From: Terrimicrobiaceae bacterium
GTDB taxonomy: Bacteria; Verrucomicrobiota; Verrucomicrobiia; Chthoniobacterales; Terrimicrobiaceae
Reading direction: 5' to 3'
Length of the DNA: 64,000 nucleotides
Assembly (NCBI GenBank): GCA_044353785.1
Contig: JBILBH010000006.1
Span: 7,910-71,909 of the forward strand
A program made the position numbers and the translations under genes. The notes beneath the pieces are model-generated. The model saw only the letters and a list, made by a program, of their open reading frames with translations, was not told where the DNA came from and made no database searches. Below, piece after piece: positions 10,701-20,462 of the stretch; the first letter of the stretch is position 1, and the number at the start of each line of letters is the position of its first letter.

Positions 10701-11445
10701 ACCTGTGATCGTCGGGGAGCCCTCGAATGGCATCATCGAAATGGAAAGTGGGAACCGATATGAACTCCTGTTCGACAAGGCCGTGACGAAGTTCGACACG
10801 GTTGCCATCCAGGGAACCCTCACGGCCTACGAGATCACCGCCCTGAAGGATGCCATCAAGCCCGGACATGAAGTCGAGTTGCGATTCACCCCGTGCCAAT
10901 CGGAGCAATCCATTCCGCGTTTGCTGGAGGTCAGGCAGGCCCGCGAAATCCTGCTCGATGTCGATTATACAAAAGCTACTGACAGTTCTTGGAAAAACGC
11001 CACGGTTGGAATCCAGGATGCCGATGTGGTCGTTCACAAACCTGAGCCGAACTACCTGTATCGCGTTGAGATGCCGCTCCTCCGCCCACTCAAGCCCTTC
11101 CTGCCGGGGAGCGTGACCTATTTGATCCAAAACGAAAAACCCCTCGGCACCACGGTCGTGGAGATTGCCGCAAGGGCGTTTGACGATTCCAGTCACGTGA
11201 CGGTTTATACCAGCCCCGATGGCGTTGAGTGGATGCGCTGTGGCCAATTCGACAATACTTGGCAGAACAACATTTCACAAAATCTCGACGACCTGCCGTA
11301 TCAATTCATCGACATGACTCCCTCCGTTCAGGGCTTGAAAAATTTCTACCTGAAAATAGAAATGACAGCGAATCCGGCCGACCATCGCTTCTGTGTTGCA
11401 AAACTCCGGGTTGCCACGGAAAAATCCTCTAAGTCCCTTCCATGA
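7738..11445 (+). CDS. Secreted 1,235-aa protein of unknown family, paralog 1 (candidate carbohydrate-active enzyme)
   Basis: Hydrophobic N-terminal signal-like segment. Collinear with the ORFs at 15190-18822 and 21989-25621. Shared blocks include EIHNR, GAGPNH(Y/F)FVEV, DGRGGYFSD, LDPxDG(M/I)SxEE, SGE, N(M/I/L)ER, F(L/V)C(F/L)FNAxPGDE and PSNGIIE. I recognise no known catalytic signature. Confidence 0.8.
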   Translation: MRNRWVGIFIPVMGVPLLNCSALAVVPQEKERASLVIDCTAPQAVVSESVDVENGRIETEMGAFQESFPVKTLPRKGSQIQLRVPFRDGTNCLILEIQEIHNRRPEAFGYTVLVNGKEVYFRTYQELGAGPNHYFVEVPKDFLRGPSPLEITLRHDGGGPFSLGKIWVHGDFFEKVAKPEKVFRPMAIIFPTSSIRLEGESETNRLQGEGVELQRIQKMRAAYSGLQDYGPVGFLNFAGGYGHIDPEEGRKELLSQIDLSSETGMPGLWIVNGTGWGGKPTGTDGRGGYFSDIQYTHTIYDSALGTYRASWPNMWSNTPGAALRNPVMNAFLEKRFQQLMEGIQEQLAWLRLKGQPAQPMIVREFAPASGEISQAVIESAARDGLTLDPTDGMSSEERLWMHRDSVRTWQEFADSSQRNIGRDIAIVDQGKLLLPEEQFFHNLYAHPDFLTDKPMNDPRWGGGQHGMVDGLWSSGEMGEGVNFRDIAMYDYLRARGKLSMINMERTILKQNFSVMKRHFERGFQFLCFFNADPGDEIFVREVDGIANDPIDPPVHRQPALLDVIVQRDFHAGPKDKLVFQKNMKVHSKLRLAVEDVSEPGELIYKLTNSGDAFTAPLALDLDGRISPGEANNIEVLVGPSLERLKKVATLTEKNLPDPNHWTPWMTSRKLLDLGPSTIGQKIVYLKIVFNAMHAPDAAFLLSLNVQSSWLQQSGYLAQPSLSKKQQRTLQLWTQERAIASSLLKKYFATGGEDEVYRQAKDFFERGWYASARRLLASEISQVLPATYLVRGHGRLGRYPIEVKLERPEDWGFFTIEKIGSEGCIFCIKSGQDSQPLSLTIENLGASGEWALRPLGQGRYAISPAAKNGRRAKGGHLTFDIEHSNPSKLAPKLPSRFAARFLSGNKNRIHMDTQDLEIMDYASSMSLPLAKDPVFTRSAACMEGAEAPAKGEMPQRHDEVIVNTNEAGEVTAVEARYGYEKGRIKKFEPPVIVGEPSNGIIEMESGNRYELLFDKAVTKFDTVAIQGTLTAYEITALKDAIKPGHEVELRFTPCQSEQSIPRLLEVRQAREILLDVDYTKATDSSWKNATVGIQDADVVVHKPEPNYLYRVEMPLLRPLKPFLPGSVTYLIQNEKPLGTTVVEIAARAFDDSSHVTVYTSPDGVEWMRCGQFDNTWQNNISQNLDDLPYQFIDMTPSVQGLKNFYLKIEMTANPADHRFCVAKLRVATEKSSKSLP

Positions 11446-13064
11446 AAAAAATCCTCCTCCCAGTCCTCTTTGCTTTTTTGGCCGTCGTGCAAACCTTTGC
11501 AGAATCCAGGCGCCCCAATATTATTCTGTTCCTGGCCGATGACATGGGCATCGGGGATCTGGGCGCTTACGGAAGCACCGATGTCAGCACGCCGAACATC
11601 GACAAGCTCGCTGCCGGTGGGTTGAAATTCACCGATGCCCACTCGCCGGCGGCCGTCTGCCAACCCACTCGCTACGCGATCCTTTCGGGACGCTACTACG
11701 GCCGCTCGGCCTACGGGCGGATTCAATCGGGAATTTATTTCCGAAAAGATGAGATTCTCTTCCCGCAGCTTCTCCAAAAAGCAGGCTACAACACTGCTGC
11801 TTTTGGCAAATGGCACTTGGGCTTCGGCCTTACCAAACGTGGCGAGCCGACGGATTGGAATGGCGACCTAAAGCCAGGTCCGAACGAATGCGGATTCGAC
11901 TGGTTCTTCGGTATGCCGAACAGCCACGCCCAGCCGCCCTATGTTTTTGTTGAGAACAACCGCATCTACAAAGGCGACCCGAATGATCCCCTCGAGGTCA
12001 TTTCCAGCGAAGAGGCCAAGGCCCGCGGTGTGAAGCCGCCCGCCAATGCCCCTTCCGGTTGGGGGATGAGCGTCGGCGGCAAAGCGGCTCACGAGGCCTG
12101 CGACATGAACCGCCTTGATCTAATCATGGCGGAAAAAGCCTGCGAATTCATCGGCCGCCAGACTCCTGAAAAGCCGTTTTTTATCTACCTGCCATGGTTC
12201 GCTCCCCATGTGCCGTTGGCCGTAGCCAAGGAATTCAGTGGCAAGAGCCCGCTCGGAGCCCGCATCAAAAAGCAGAACAACAACGCGGTTCGCAATGCTG
12301 AGTATTGCAATCAACTCGACTTCGCCGTTGGTCAGGTCATGGCCTGCCTCAAGGAGAAGGGCCTTGCCGAAAATACGCTCGTCATTTTTACCAGCGACAA
12401 TGGAGGCGCTATTTCGGGAGACTCGGCTTCGGTGGGCTACAAAACCAACGGGGAATTTCTCGGAACCAAGACCGACACCTGGGAGGGCGGGCACCGGGTT
12501 CCCACGATCGCCTGGTGGCCTGGTAAAATCGCCGCCGGCAAGACGACCAACAAACTATTTTCCCTCACGGATCTCTACGACACCTTCTTGGCCGCGGCGG
12601 ATGTGCCTGTACCTCCAGGGGCGGCGGTGGACAGCGTCAATCTGCTGCCGCTTCTTCTCGACCCCGAAAATGCTCCCGGTCTTGATGGCATGTTTTACAA
12701 GGGTAAAGCCAGCGCCCTCCGTGTCGGCAACTGGTCTTATCATCCGCAGCAGGGCCCGGGCGGACTCTTTGGTACCGGTCCGATCGTTAAACTCGGCCAG
12801 ACGCACTCGGACTACGATGAGACTGGCAAAATCAAGCCCGACGCGCCCCATGAGCAGCTCTACAACCTCGGCACCGATCCGCAGCAGACTCAAAACCTTG
12901 TGAACACCGAACCCGAAGTCGCCGCTGTGATGAAGGACATCATGAAAAAATATGAAGAGGCAAACCGCAAAGACGAAGTGCCTCTGCAAGCGATCCTTGC
13001 CGATCTTTCCCCTGAAACAGCCAAAAAACTCCATGTCAACATTCTGCCAGCCAAAACCAAATGA
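11442..13064 (+). CDS. S1-family (formylglycine-dependent, Cys-type) sulfatase
   Basis: Signal peptide. LFLADDMGIGDLGAYG metal-binding block, the CQPTR formylglycine motif (C-x-P-x-R), and GKWHLG. The ATGA overlap with the upstream gene is at 11442-11445. Confidence 0.9.
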   Translation: MKKILLPVLFAFLAVVQTFAESRRPNIILFLADDMGIGDLGAYGSTDVSTPNIDKLAAGGLKFTDAHSPAAVCQPTRYAILSGRYYGRSAYGRIQSGIYFRKDEILFPQLLQKAGYNTAAFGKWHLGFGLTKRGEPTDWNGDLKPGPNECGFDWFFGMPNSHAQPPYVFVENNRIYKGDPNDPLEVISSEEAKARGVKPPANAPSGWGMSVGGKAAHEACDMNRLDLIMAEKACEFIGRQTPEKPFFIYLPWFAPHVPLAVAKEFSGKSPLGARIKKQNNNAVRNAEYCNQLDFAVGQVMACLKEKGLAENTLVIFTSDNGGAISGDSASVGYKTNGEFLGTKTDTWEGGHRVPTIAWWPGKIAAGKTTNKLFSLTDLYDTFLAAADVPVPPGAAVDSVNLLPLLLDPENAPGLDGMFYKGKASALRVGNWSYHPQQGPGGLFGTGPIVKLGQTHSDYDETGKIKPDAPHEQLYNLGTDPQQTQNLVNTEPEVAAVMKDIMKKYEEANRKDEVPLQAILADLSPETAKKLHVNILPAKTK

Positions 13065-15193
13065 ATCCTATTGCTGACGCCATTTCCGTCCTGGGCTCCC
13101 GCCACGGCCTGATCCTCGACCCCGTCGGGGGAAACGCCCGCATCATCCGCTTCGACATGTTCCACGAGGCCGCTGCGCTCGAAATCCGTGCGGGCTTGCG
13201 GATCGATGGGCAAGAATATGTTTTTCCGCTTTGTCGGGAGGGACAGCGTTTTGGTTTCTTCGATCAACGAATCACTCCCTGCACAAGCCGGTTGATCGGT
13301 ATCCACGAGGACTCGGGCATCAAGGTGGCACTCGAATTTGCCACGCCATTTCGTCCGAAGGATTCCGCGTTCTCAACCATTCCTGTCGTAGCCGCGCGGG
13401 TTTCTATTTCCAAAATCTCCGGAAACTTCCGCTGGCATCCGGTGAAGATGGCCCCCGAATCGGTGGAGTTGTTTTTCGAGGCTTCGAGCCGGGAGATGAC
13501 ATTCCAGGCGGTCGGTCCCGATGCGTTGGATATCACATTCAGCAGCCTGACCCTCCGCAGCTCGCATGAGAAGGCGTCGGATCCCGCCAACCGTCTGCTA
13601 CAGTTGGACCGCCTTGTAGCTCCCAGTGCGAAACGTGAAGGAAACCGCTTCTCGATCGAGGTGCCGAACAAGGAATTTGGCAAACGCACCTTGGATGTCT
13701 TCTGGTGCAGTCACAACGCGCCAGTGCTCGAGGTTTTTGGCAAGAAGCATCCCTTTCTGTATGCCTCGCGCTTCGCCTCGCTCGAGGCCGTCGCGGATTG
13801 GGCGAGGACGAACGGAGAGGAAATTTTCGCCAATGCCAAAAAGGTGGATGCCATTGTCGCTGCAAACAATCTGCCTCCCTCGATCAACAACCTCATGGCG
13901 CAAACGCTCCATTCGTGGCTCATGAACACCTGGTGGGTGGACCGCGATGGCAGGGATTGGTTCAGCGTTTGGGAAGGTAGTTGTGGATTCCATTCCACGG
14001 TGGATGTCGAGTTCACCCAGTCGCCGTTCTATCTGGCCGTCTGGCCCGAGCTTTTGGGCATCGAGCTGGATTACTGGCCCGAGTTTTCAAAGTCCGGCAC
14101 GCTGACCTTAGGCGATTGCGGAGAGGGGACGGAATTTCTCTCCCACGATTGTGGAGCCATGGCCCAAGCCAACGGGCAGGACTACCCGCACGAGATGGAG
14201 GTCGAGGAGACGACCAACTACCTCATCATGCTCTACGCACATTGGAGGCGGACCGGGGACTTCTCGATAGCCCGAAAGTGGGCGGCGACGGTGGTCAAAT
14301 ATTTGCGCTTTCTCGAGCGCTGCGACACGAAGGGCAAAGGCGTGCCCGATGTCGGCGTGGCGAACACCATTGATGATGGCGCCCCGGCGTTGCAATACGG
14401 CCGCGAGCAGGTCTATCTCGCGGTGAAGACGCTTGCCGCCTTCCAGTGCGGTGCCGCGATCCTCCAGGAGCTCGGCGATGCCGCGACCGCCAGCCATTTT
14501 CGGAACAAGGCTGACTTCATTCGCGGGCGTGTGGAGACCGAGGGATGGAAGGACGACCACTACATCTGCCTGCTTAACACCGATGGCAGGGGGCTTAAAA
14601 ACCCTTGGACCGGCAAGGATCTCGGTATGGAAATCGTTCCCGGCTGGGATGGCTTCCACATCTACACCGCAAATGGATTGGCTCCGCTGGACATGGTGGG
14701 CTTCTCGACCGGCCTTGATGAAACAAGACTCGTCAAAGACTTGATTAACGCCACAGAGGCCTGCCTCTGCGAATATGGCTGCTCGCATAGCGACTACGAG
14801 GCTGATGAATACGCGCTTGGCGGGCTGCAGGATGGAATGGCCGGCGTCTCCGCCAAGCCCGGCTGGATTTCGATGAACATGCTCCGCGACATTTCTGCCC
14901 TCTACAGGGGCCTCGATTTCCGGGATCTCTCCGAGCGCTATTGGAATTGGCAGGTCACAACCAATGCCCAAGCCCCAGCACTCTTCTTTGAAACCTTCGG
15001 GGGGAACAATCTTCATTTCTATCCTCGAGGTGTCGCGGTGTGGGGATTTTTTGATGCGCTGGCCGGCCTACGGATCGACCGTGTCGCTGGCCGGGACGAG
15101 ACACAACCCGTTGTTTCCCGGTTGAAAGTTCCCCGTCTCATCGACGCCGATTGGACGGCCGGCAAGGCTTCCACAATCAACTCGAACATATGA
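13061..15193 (+). CDS. Putative six-hairpin (alpha/alpha)6 glycoside hydrolase, GH52-like (distant)
   Basis: 710 aa with no signal peptide. The blocks WEGSCGFHSTVDVEFTQ, FLSHDCG, EETTNYLIMLYAHWRRTGD, GVPDVGVANTIDDG and a C-terminal FYPRGVAVWGF resemble, by eye, the order and spacing of conserved blocks I associate with ~705-aa GH52 beta-xylosidases. This is not verified by HMM. Confidence 0.4.
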   Translation: MNPIADAISVLGSRHGLILDPVGGNARIIRFDMFHEAAALEIRAGLRIDGQEYVFPLCREGQRFGFFDQRITPCTSRLIGIHEDSGIKVALEFATPFRPKDSAFSTIPVVAARVSISKISGNFRWHPVKMAPESVELFFEASSREMTFQAVGPDALDITFSSLTLRSSHEKASDPANRLLQLDRLVAPSAKREGNRFSIEVPNKEFGKRTLDVFWCSHNAPVLEVFGKKHPFLYASRFASLEAVADWARTNGEEIFANAKKVDAIVAANNLPPSINNLMAQTLHSWLMNTWWVDRDGRDWFSVWEGSCGFHSTVDVEFTQSPFYLAVWPELLGIELDYWPEFSKSGTLTLGDCGEGTEFLSHDCGAMAQANGQDYPHEMEVEETTNYLIMLYAHWRRTGDFSIARKWAATVVKYLRFLERCDTKGKGVPDVGVANTIDDGAPALQYGREQVYLAVKTLAAFQCGAAILQELGDAATASHFRNKADFIRGRVETEGWKDDHYICLLNTDGRGLKNPWTGKDLGMEIVPGWDGFHIYTANGLAPLDMVGFSTGLDETRLVKDLINATEACLCEYGCSHSDYEADEYALGGLQDGMAGVSAKPGWISMNMLRDISALYRGLDFRDLSERYWNWQVTTNAQAPALFFETFGGNNLHFYPRGVAVWGFFDALAGLRIDRVAGRDETQPVVSRLKVPRLIDADWTAGKASTINSNI

Positions 15194-18100
15194 TGAAGAG
15201 AATTCTTTGCACGGCAGTTGTTCTGGCTCTCGTTATGCCAACTATTGCGAGAGCCAATAAAACGGCCGATCACATCGTGTTTGGCTATGCGACGAGTGAA
15301 TCGTCCCATGGTCTGACAGCGATGGGTGGACGTTCGGAGATTGTCCGAATCGATTCGCGGTTGGGCGTGCTCGAGCGCATCTACACCGCGCGCCAACTTG
15401 AGGGTGGTGGTGCTGCTTTGGAATTCACCTTGAAAATTCCGCCTGACGATTTGAAGGCATCGAAGGGGCCTTTGACACTCGAGTTTCGGGAAATCCACAA
15501 CCGCCAAACGGGAGTTTTTGCCTACCGGATTTTTGTTTCGGGCAAGGAGGTCTTTTTCCGCAACTACGAGGAGGCCGGCTCCGGTCCGAATCATTTCTTT
15601 GTGGAGGTTGATCGTGTCTTGGTCGCTGCCGACGGAAAGGTTCCCATTCGCATCCAGAGCGAATCTGGCGTTCCGTTTTGCCTTGGGGAGGTGTGGCTCT
15701 ATTCGGACTTTGCATCGTTGGCTGCCTCGCAAAATATCGAGCCGGGAAAAATGGGTTTCATCCTCGGCCTTTCGGCGGAACTCGCCGGTGTTCCTGTCGA
15801 TCTGAAGAAAAACCCCGATCAGAAAATAAAGGTCGTCGAGGCGCTTCAGCAAAAATATGGCGGGTTGCAATCTTATGAGCTGGGGTTGATGGGCAGCGTG
15901 GCCTACGCCCTGCGTTCCCGCCCCGAGGGCCAAAAGTCGATCGACGACACTCTGGAAATCTCGGCAGCAACGGGGTTGCCCTATCATCTGATGTTCAGCT
16001 CCTGGTGGGGCGGTGCGGCCACCGGAATGGATGGACGCGGCGGGTATTTTTCTGATCTCGAATACGAGGGGGTCAGTTACAACTCCGAGACCAAAGCCTA
16101 CGCTCCCTCCTTCCCGAACCAGTGGGGAAGCTCGCTCTGGCCAACAAGAAACGATCCGCATCTTAATAATATCAACAACCTCCGCATCGAGCGTCTGGCC
16201 CGCTACTTGGTGGATCGTCGCGCTGCATTGGAGCTGGGCGGAGCAAAACTGCCAACGGGTGTCATCTATGCCGAGATGGGCCCGGGTTACGGGATCGAAG
16301 CCAACCGCCAAACCCGCGAACTCGCGAAAAAAGAGGGCGTCACTCTTGATCCCGAGGATGGCATCTCACGCGAGGAGGCCGAGTGGGCCTTGAAAAACTA
16401 CGGGGCCTACTTCGCCCAGCAGGTTCCCGCCTACCGTGCGGGCCTCGGCCGGGGAACAATCAAGGTTAACAACGGCACGCTTGAATTTCCGTCCGATCCT
16501 GTTTTCGACAACATTTACACCCACGGCTTTTGGGGAATCGGCGGTCCGTTAAACGACCCGAAGTTCGCCTACTGGCAGGCGAACCTCAATGAGGGCATGT
16601 GGAACAGCGGGGAACTCACCGAGGCCTACCCTCAGGCATGGTATGACTATGTTGTGGCAAACGGACGGATCGCCTGCGTGAACATCGAGCGGGTCATGAT
16701 CCAGAATCTCCGTTACATGCCGTTCGCCTATGGCAATGGGCTTCAATTTGTCTGCCTGTTCAATGCAAAGCCCGGAGACGAAGAGTTGCTTAAGAAGGAG
16801 GATGGAGTCTCCGACAAACCCAATCCTCCGATCGATTATCCCCGCCGCGTATTGGATGTGAACTTTGCCCGCGACAAGTCGCCGGCCAAGGCCCCGGGTG
16901 TAGTCGGGTTCAAAGAACTCTCCAGTGGCACCAAGGGCGGCCATGTCCAGCCCCTCGAAAGCAACCGGGAAGGAGAGATCGTTTGTGAAATCAAAGATTC
17001 CGAGACGGCTTTTGCCAATGGTCTGGATTTGAAAGTCTCAGGCGTGGTCGGGCGCGTGCCTCGCAAAGGTTCCTACATCAAAGTGCTGGCCGGAGACTCG
17101 CCGATGCAACTATCGGAAGTGAAAAATCTCGTCGGAACAGACTTTGTGGCCAGTGCCGGATGGGGCGCTAAAAGCTTTGCCACGGTCGATCTCTCCTCCA
17201 TCGCCAAAGGGAAAAAGTCTGTGTTTATTGCAATCAAGATCGCCTCCGAAGGGATGGCCGCCGAAGTAACGGTTAGTCAAATCTCGGCCTACATCCCCTG
17301 GAGCATCAAAGCGGGTCAAACGAACGGGCTGGTTCCAACCCTCGGTGACAGCCGCCGTCGCAGCCTCTGGGTGCAACAGCGTGCGCGTTTGGATCGAATG
17401 CTGCAGATGTTTGAGCGGGCCGGTGGCTCAGATCAGGTTCTCGTCAAAGCTTCGGAGCTCAAGGCGGCGGGATTTTACACCCAGGCTTTGGAATTTTTAT
17501 TCCGCGAATACGCCCAGATCTTTCCCGCGCGCTTCGCAGTGAAAGGCACGGGCAAACTGGCCAGCCAACCCGTGGAGGTTTCCGTGAAGTCCCCCGAGGC
17601 CGTGGTGATCGTGGATCTTTTGAAAGCTGCGACGAACGGCATTGATCTCGAAATGCGTGCCGCAGCCGACACGCCCTGCTCGGTGGCCTTCAGCGGGCTT
17701 CCCGAGAAATCCTTTTGGAAACTTTTCCGTGTCTCCGGCGCTTTGTTCCAGTTGCGTCCCGCTGCAAAAGGTGATCCCGAGGCCGTCGCCGCAACGGGTG
17801 GCCGTGCGTCTTTCGATCTCACGATCGGTCAGCCTCCACTTCCTTCGCTTCCAAAAACTCTGATTGCCCAAGGCGGCGGTGGCGGTTTTACGATTCAGGA
17901 CATCGAACTCACCGATGGGGAAATGCTGCGCCGTATTCCTCTGGCCCAAGACACCCTCATTACCCGTCGAAAGGTCGGCGAGGCCATGAACAACAACCGT
18001 TACCGCGGCAGGTATGATGGCGATCGTCTGAGCCTGACGCTCAACGACGCCGGGGAGGTCGAGCGAATCGATGCCGAATTTGGAAAGGATGCAGGGACGA

Positions 18101-18822
18101 TCAAATCCTTCACGCCTCCCTCAGTCTATCCCAAGCCGAGCAACGGCATCATCGAGCTCGACAACGGCAACCGCTACGAACTCGGCTACAACCGGGGGAT
18201 GACTGATACCGAAGTCGTCGGCCTCTCGGCTCTCAAGTCCAGCAGCCTTGACACGATCAAGCAGGCGTTCGCTCCCGGCCAATGGGTGGAGATTTCCTAC
18301 TCCCCCTACACCAGCCACAACCGTCCGCCCCGCATCCTGAAAATCACCCAGCCCGTCGAGACGATTTTCAAGGAGGATTACGGCACATCCGATGATTCGT
18401 GGGGGCAGAGAGCCCTGGAGGTGGAGAACATACATGTCGCCGATTTGAAGGGCAGGAAGCTCTGGCCGACAAAGGCCTGGACGCCCGGCCATGTCGTCTA
18501 TCGCATCGAGGCTCCGCGTCCCTTGGGGCAAACCTCGGTGGGTTTTACAGGCCGTCTGATTCTCAATCCCGAAAATCGCATCACCCTCTTCGTTCGCACC
18601 GACGGCGGGGAGTGGCAAACGTGCGGCGAGTATGTCACGGCATCCTCGGGTTCGAACAATTTCGGCGCCCTCAAAATGGTCGATGTGACCCCATGGGTGC
18701 GTGGAAAAAAATCCTTCGACCTCAAAGTTGAAATGCTCACCACCAACAGCACCTGGTGCTCGATCGGTTCGATCGAAGTCCGCACCGAGGGCGACCACTC
18801 ACAACCACTAATAAACCAATGA
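15190..18822 (+). CDS. Secreted ~1,210-aa protein of unknown family, paralog 2 (divergent)
   Basis: The ATG at 15190 overlaps the upstream stop (ATGA) and yields the signal peptide MMKRILCTAVVLALVMPTIARA. It is collinear with paralogs 1 and 3 but much more diverged. Shared blocks include EIHNR, SGPNHFFVEV, DGRGGYFSD, LDPEDGISREE, VNIER, FVCLFNAKPGDE and PSNGIIELDNGNRYEL. Confidence 0.8.
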   Translation: MMKRILCTAVVLALVMPTIARANKTADHIVFGYATSESSHGLTAMGGRSEIVRIDSRLGVLERIYTARQLEGGGAALEFTLKIPPDDLKASKGPLTLEFREIHNRQTGVFAYRIFVSGKEVFFRNYEEAGSGPNHFFVEVDRVLVAADGKVPIRIQSESGVPFCLGEVWLYSDFASLAASQNIEPGKMGFILGLSAELAGVPVDLKKNPDQKIKVVEALQQKYGGLQSYELGLMGSVAYALRSRPEGQKSIDDTLEISAATGLPYHLMFSSWWGGAATGMDGRGGYFSDLEYEGVSYNSETKAYAPSFPNQWGSSLWPTRNDPHLNNINNLRIERLARYLVDRRAALELGGAKLPTGVIYAEMGPGYGIEANRQTRELAKKEGVTLDPEDGISREEAEWALKNYGAYFAQQVPAYRAGLGRGTIKVNNGTLEFPSDPVFDNIYTHGFWGIGGPLNDPKFAYWQANLNEGMWNSGELTEAYPQAWYDYVVANGRIACVNIERVMIQNLRYMPFAYGNGLQFVCLFNAKPGDEELLKKEDGVSDKPNPPIDYPRRVLDVNFARDKSPAKAPGVVGFKELSSGTKGGHVQPLESNREGEIVCEIKDSETAFANGLDLKVSGVVGRVPRKGSYIKVLAGDSPMQLSEVKNLVGTDFVASAGWGAKSFATVDLSSIAKGKKSVFIAIKIASEGMAAEVTVSQISAYIPWSIKAGQTNGLVPTLGDSRRRSLWVQQRARLDRMLQMFERAGGSDQVLVKASELKAAGFYTQALEFLFREYAQIFPARFAVKGTGKLASQPVEVSVKSPEAVVIVDLLKAATNGIDLEMRAAADTPCSVAFSGLPEKSFWKLFRVSGALFQLRPAAKGDPEAVAATGGRASFDLTIGQPPLPSLPKTLIAQGGGGGFTIQDIELTDGEMLRRIPLAQDTLITRRKVGEAMNNNRYRGRYDGDRLSLTLNDAGEVERIDAEFGKDAGTIKSFTPPSVYPKPSNGIIELDNGNRYELGYNRGMTDTEVVGLSALKSSSLDTIKQAFAPGQWVEISYSPYTSHNRPPRILKITQPVETIFKEDYGTSDDSWGQRALEVENIHVADLKGRKLWPTKAWTPGHVVYRIEAPRPLGQTSVGFTGRLILNPENRITLFVRTDGGEWQTCGEYVTASSGSNNFGALKMVDVTPWVRGKKSFDLKVEMLTTNSTWCSIGSIEVRTEGDHSQPLINQ

Positions 18823-20453
18823 AAAAACCACTCCTACTCGCGCTCGCAACAACCCTTGCCGCTCTACCGCTCCATGCCGTCGAGATGTGCTGGATTTTTG
18901 GAAACAACATGGTCCTCCAAGCCGACCGACCCCTTCCAATCTGGGGTCAGGGCAAACCCGGCGAGGAAGTGGGCGTCGCTTTTGCTGGCCAGGAGAAAAA
19001 AACCACGGCGGATTCCGATGGTGAATGGCGTGTGGTGTTTGATGCTTTGCCTGCGAATCCGAAAGGGCAGACGATGAAGGTTTCTGCATCCTCGGGGGGA
19101 AGAGAATTTAAGGATGTGCTCCTTGGCGATGTATGGTTGGCCTCCGGCCAATCAAATATGGCCCAACCCAGTGCCGACAAATCAGAGGGAGGCGACAAAT
19201 TGGCATCCGAGCCTTCAAACACTCTGTTTCGTGTCTTTCCCGTGGCTTACAACGAGTGGGCTCCGGAGCCGAATAACAAGCAGTTTGGATGGGATAAAAA
19301 AGTCACCAATTGGTTCGAGTGGATTCCTGCCCACCCTGGCGTATCAGGCGTTCCATATTGGTTTGGCTCCAACCTCCAAAAGGAAACCGGCCGCCCAATC
19401 GGCGTCATCATTTCCCCAGTGGGCGCTTCGCATGCTGAGTGCTGGATCTCCATGAAAGATCTCGAGGCCGATCCCTATTTCAAGGATGTCGTAGAGAACT
19501 CGAAGAAGCGCATCACGAATGCCCAAGCGGAGCGCGAAAAATTCAAGGCGGAAGTGGCCTCATGGGAAGAACGCAAGAAAGCCGCCCAGAATGCCGGGCA
19601 GCCGTTCAATGAACGCCAGCCGAACGATCAGCGTGATGAGTTGGCCGTGCGATGGTGGGTTGGTGCCCTATATAACGCCCGTATCGCTCCGTTGCGTGAT
19701 CTCTCGATCAAGGGCGTGATCTGGTATCAGGGCGAAAACAACGCGGGAAAAAGAGGCGTCAACGCTTACACCACCGAGTCCTACGACAGGTTAATGAAAA
19801 ATATCATCGCATCGTGGAGGAAACAATTCGGCCAGACCGATCTGCCTTTCCATACCGTTCAGTTATCTTTTTTTAACTGGAATGATGGCAATGGACGGAC
19901 GCCACGCGATCCGAACAAGCCAGGAGGTTGGCCGATCATTCGCGAAGCACAGGAAAAAACGGCCAAGGACACGCCGAACTCGGAGATGGTAGTCTCGTGG
20001 GATATTGGAGAGAAGGCCGACATCCACCCAAAAAACAAGCGCCCCGTCGGTGAGCGCCTTGCCAAGGTTGCTTTACGAGACACCTACGGTCAAAAGGCAG
20101 TGATTGCCGACAGCCCCTCATATGCCTCGCACAAGGTCGAGGATGGCAAAATCCGCGTTTCCTTTACAAACACTCATGGTGGACTCAAGACCAAGGGCGA
20201 CAAAGTGCTCGGTTTCGCTATCGCTGGAGCGGACGACAAATTCGTCTGGGCCGATGCGGCGATCGAGGGCAAAGACAGCGTCTTGGTCTCGAGCCCGCAG
20301 GTTCCCCAACCGAAAAATGTGCGTTTCGGCTACATCCAGTTTCAGGACTCGGATCTTTACAATTTGGTCGATTTTCCGGCAGTGCCGTTCCGCACGGACA
20401 CATTGCCTCTTGAACAAAACAAAGGCTCTGAACCCGCTTCGCCTCAATCCTAA
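18819..20453 (+). CDS. SASA-domain (sialate O-acetylesterase-like) carbohydrate esterase
   Basis: The ATG at 18819 overlaps the upstream stop (ATGA) and gives the signal peptide MKKPLLLALATTLAALPLHA. It carries the GQSNM catalytic-serine block (VWLASGQSNMAQP) and a later WYQGENN block typical of the SASA/DUF303 esterase family. Confidence 0.8.
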   Translation: MKKPLLLALATTLAALPLHAVEMCWIFGNNMVLQADRPLPIWGQGKPGEEVGVAFAGQEKKTTADSDGEWRVVFDALPANPKGQTMKVSASSGGREFKDVLLGDVWLASGQSNMAQPSADKSEGGDKLASEPSNTLFRVFPVAYNEWAPEPNNKQFGWDKKVTNWFEWIPAHPGVSGVPYWFGSNLQKETGRPIGVIISPVGASHAECWISMKDLEADPYFKDVVENSKKRITNAQAEREKFKAEVASWEERKKAAQNAGQPFNERQPNDQRDELAVRWWVGALYNARIAPLRDLSIKGVIWYQGENNAGKRGVNAYTTESYDRLMKNIIASWRKQFGQTDLPFHTVQLSFFNWNDGNGRTPRDPNKPGGWPIIREAQEKTAKDTPNSEMVVSWDIGEKADIHPKNKRPVGERLAKVALRDTYGQKAVIADSPSYASHKVEDGKIRVSFTNTHGGLKTKGDKVLGFAIAGADDKFVWADAAIEGKDSVLVSSPQVPQPKNVRFGYIQFQDSDLYNLVDFPAVPFRTDTLPLEQNKGSEPASPQS

Positions 20454-20462
20454 TCCCTTTGT

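Noticed and set aside
8665-11247. 370-aa and 485-aa minus-strand ORFs inside giant paralog 1
   Set aside because: They are antisense shadows of a gene whose reading frame is confirmed by two paralogs. The translations are low-complexity and Arg/Gly/Leu-rich.
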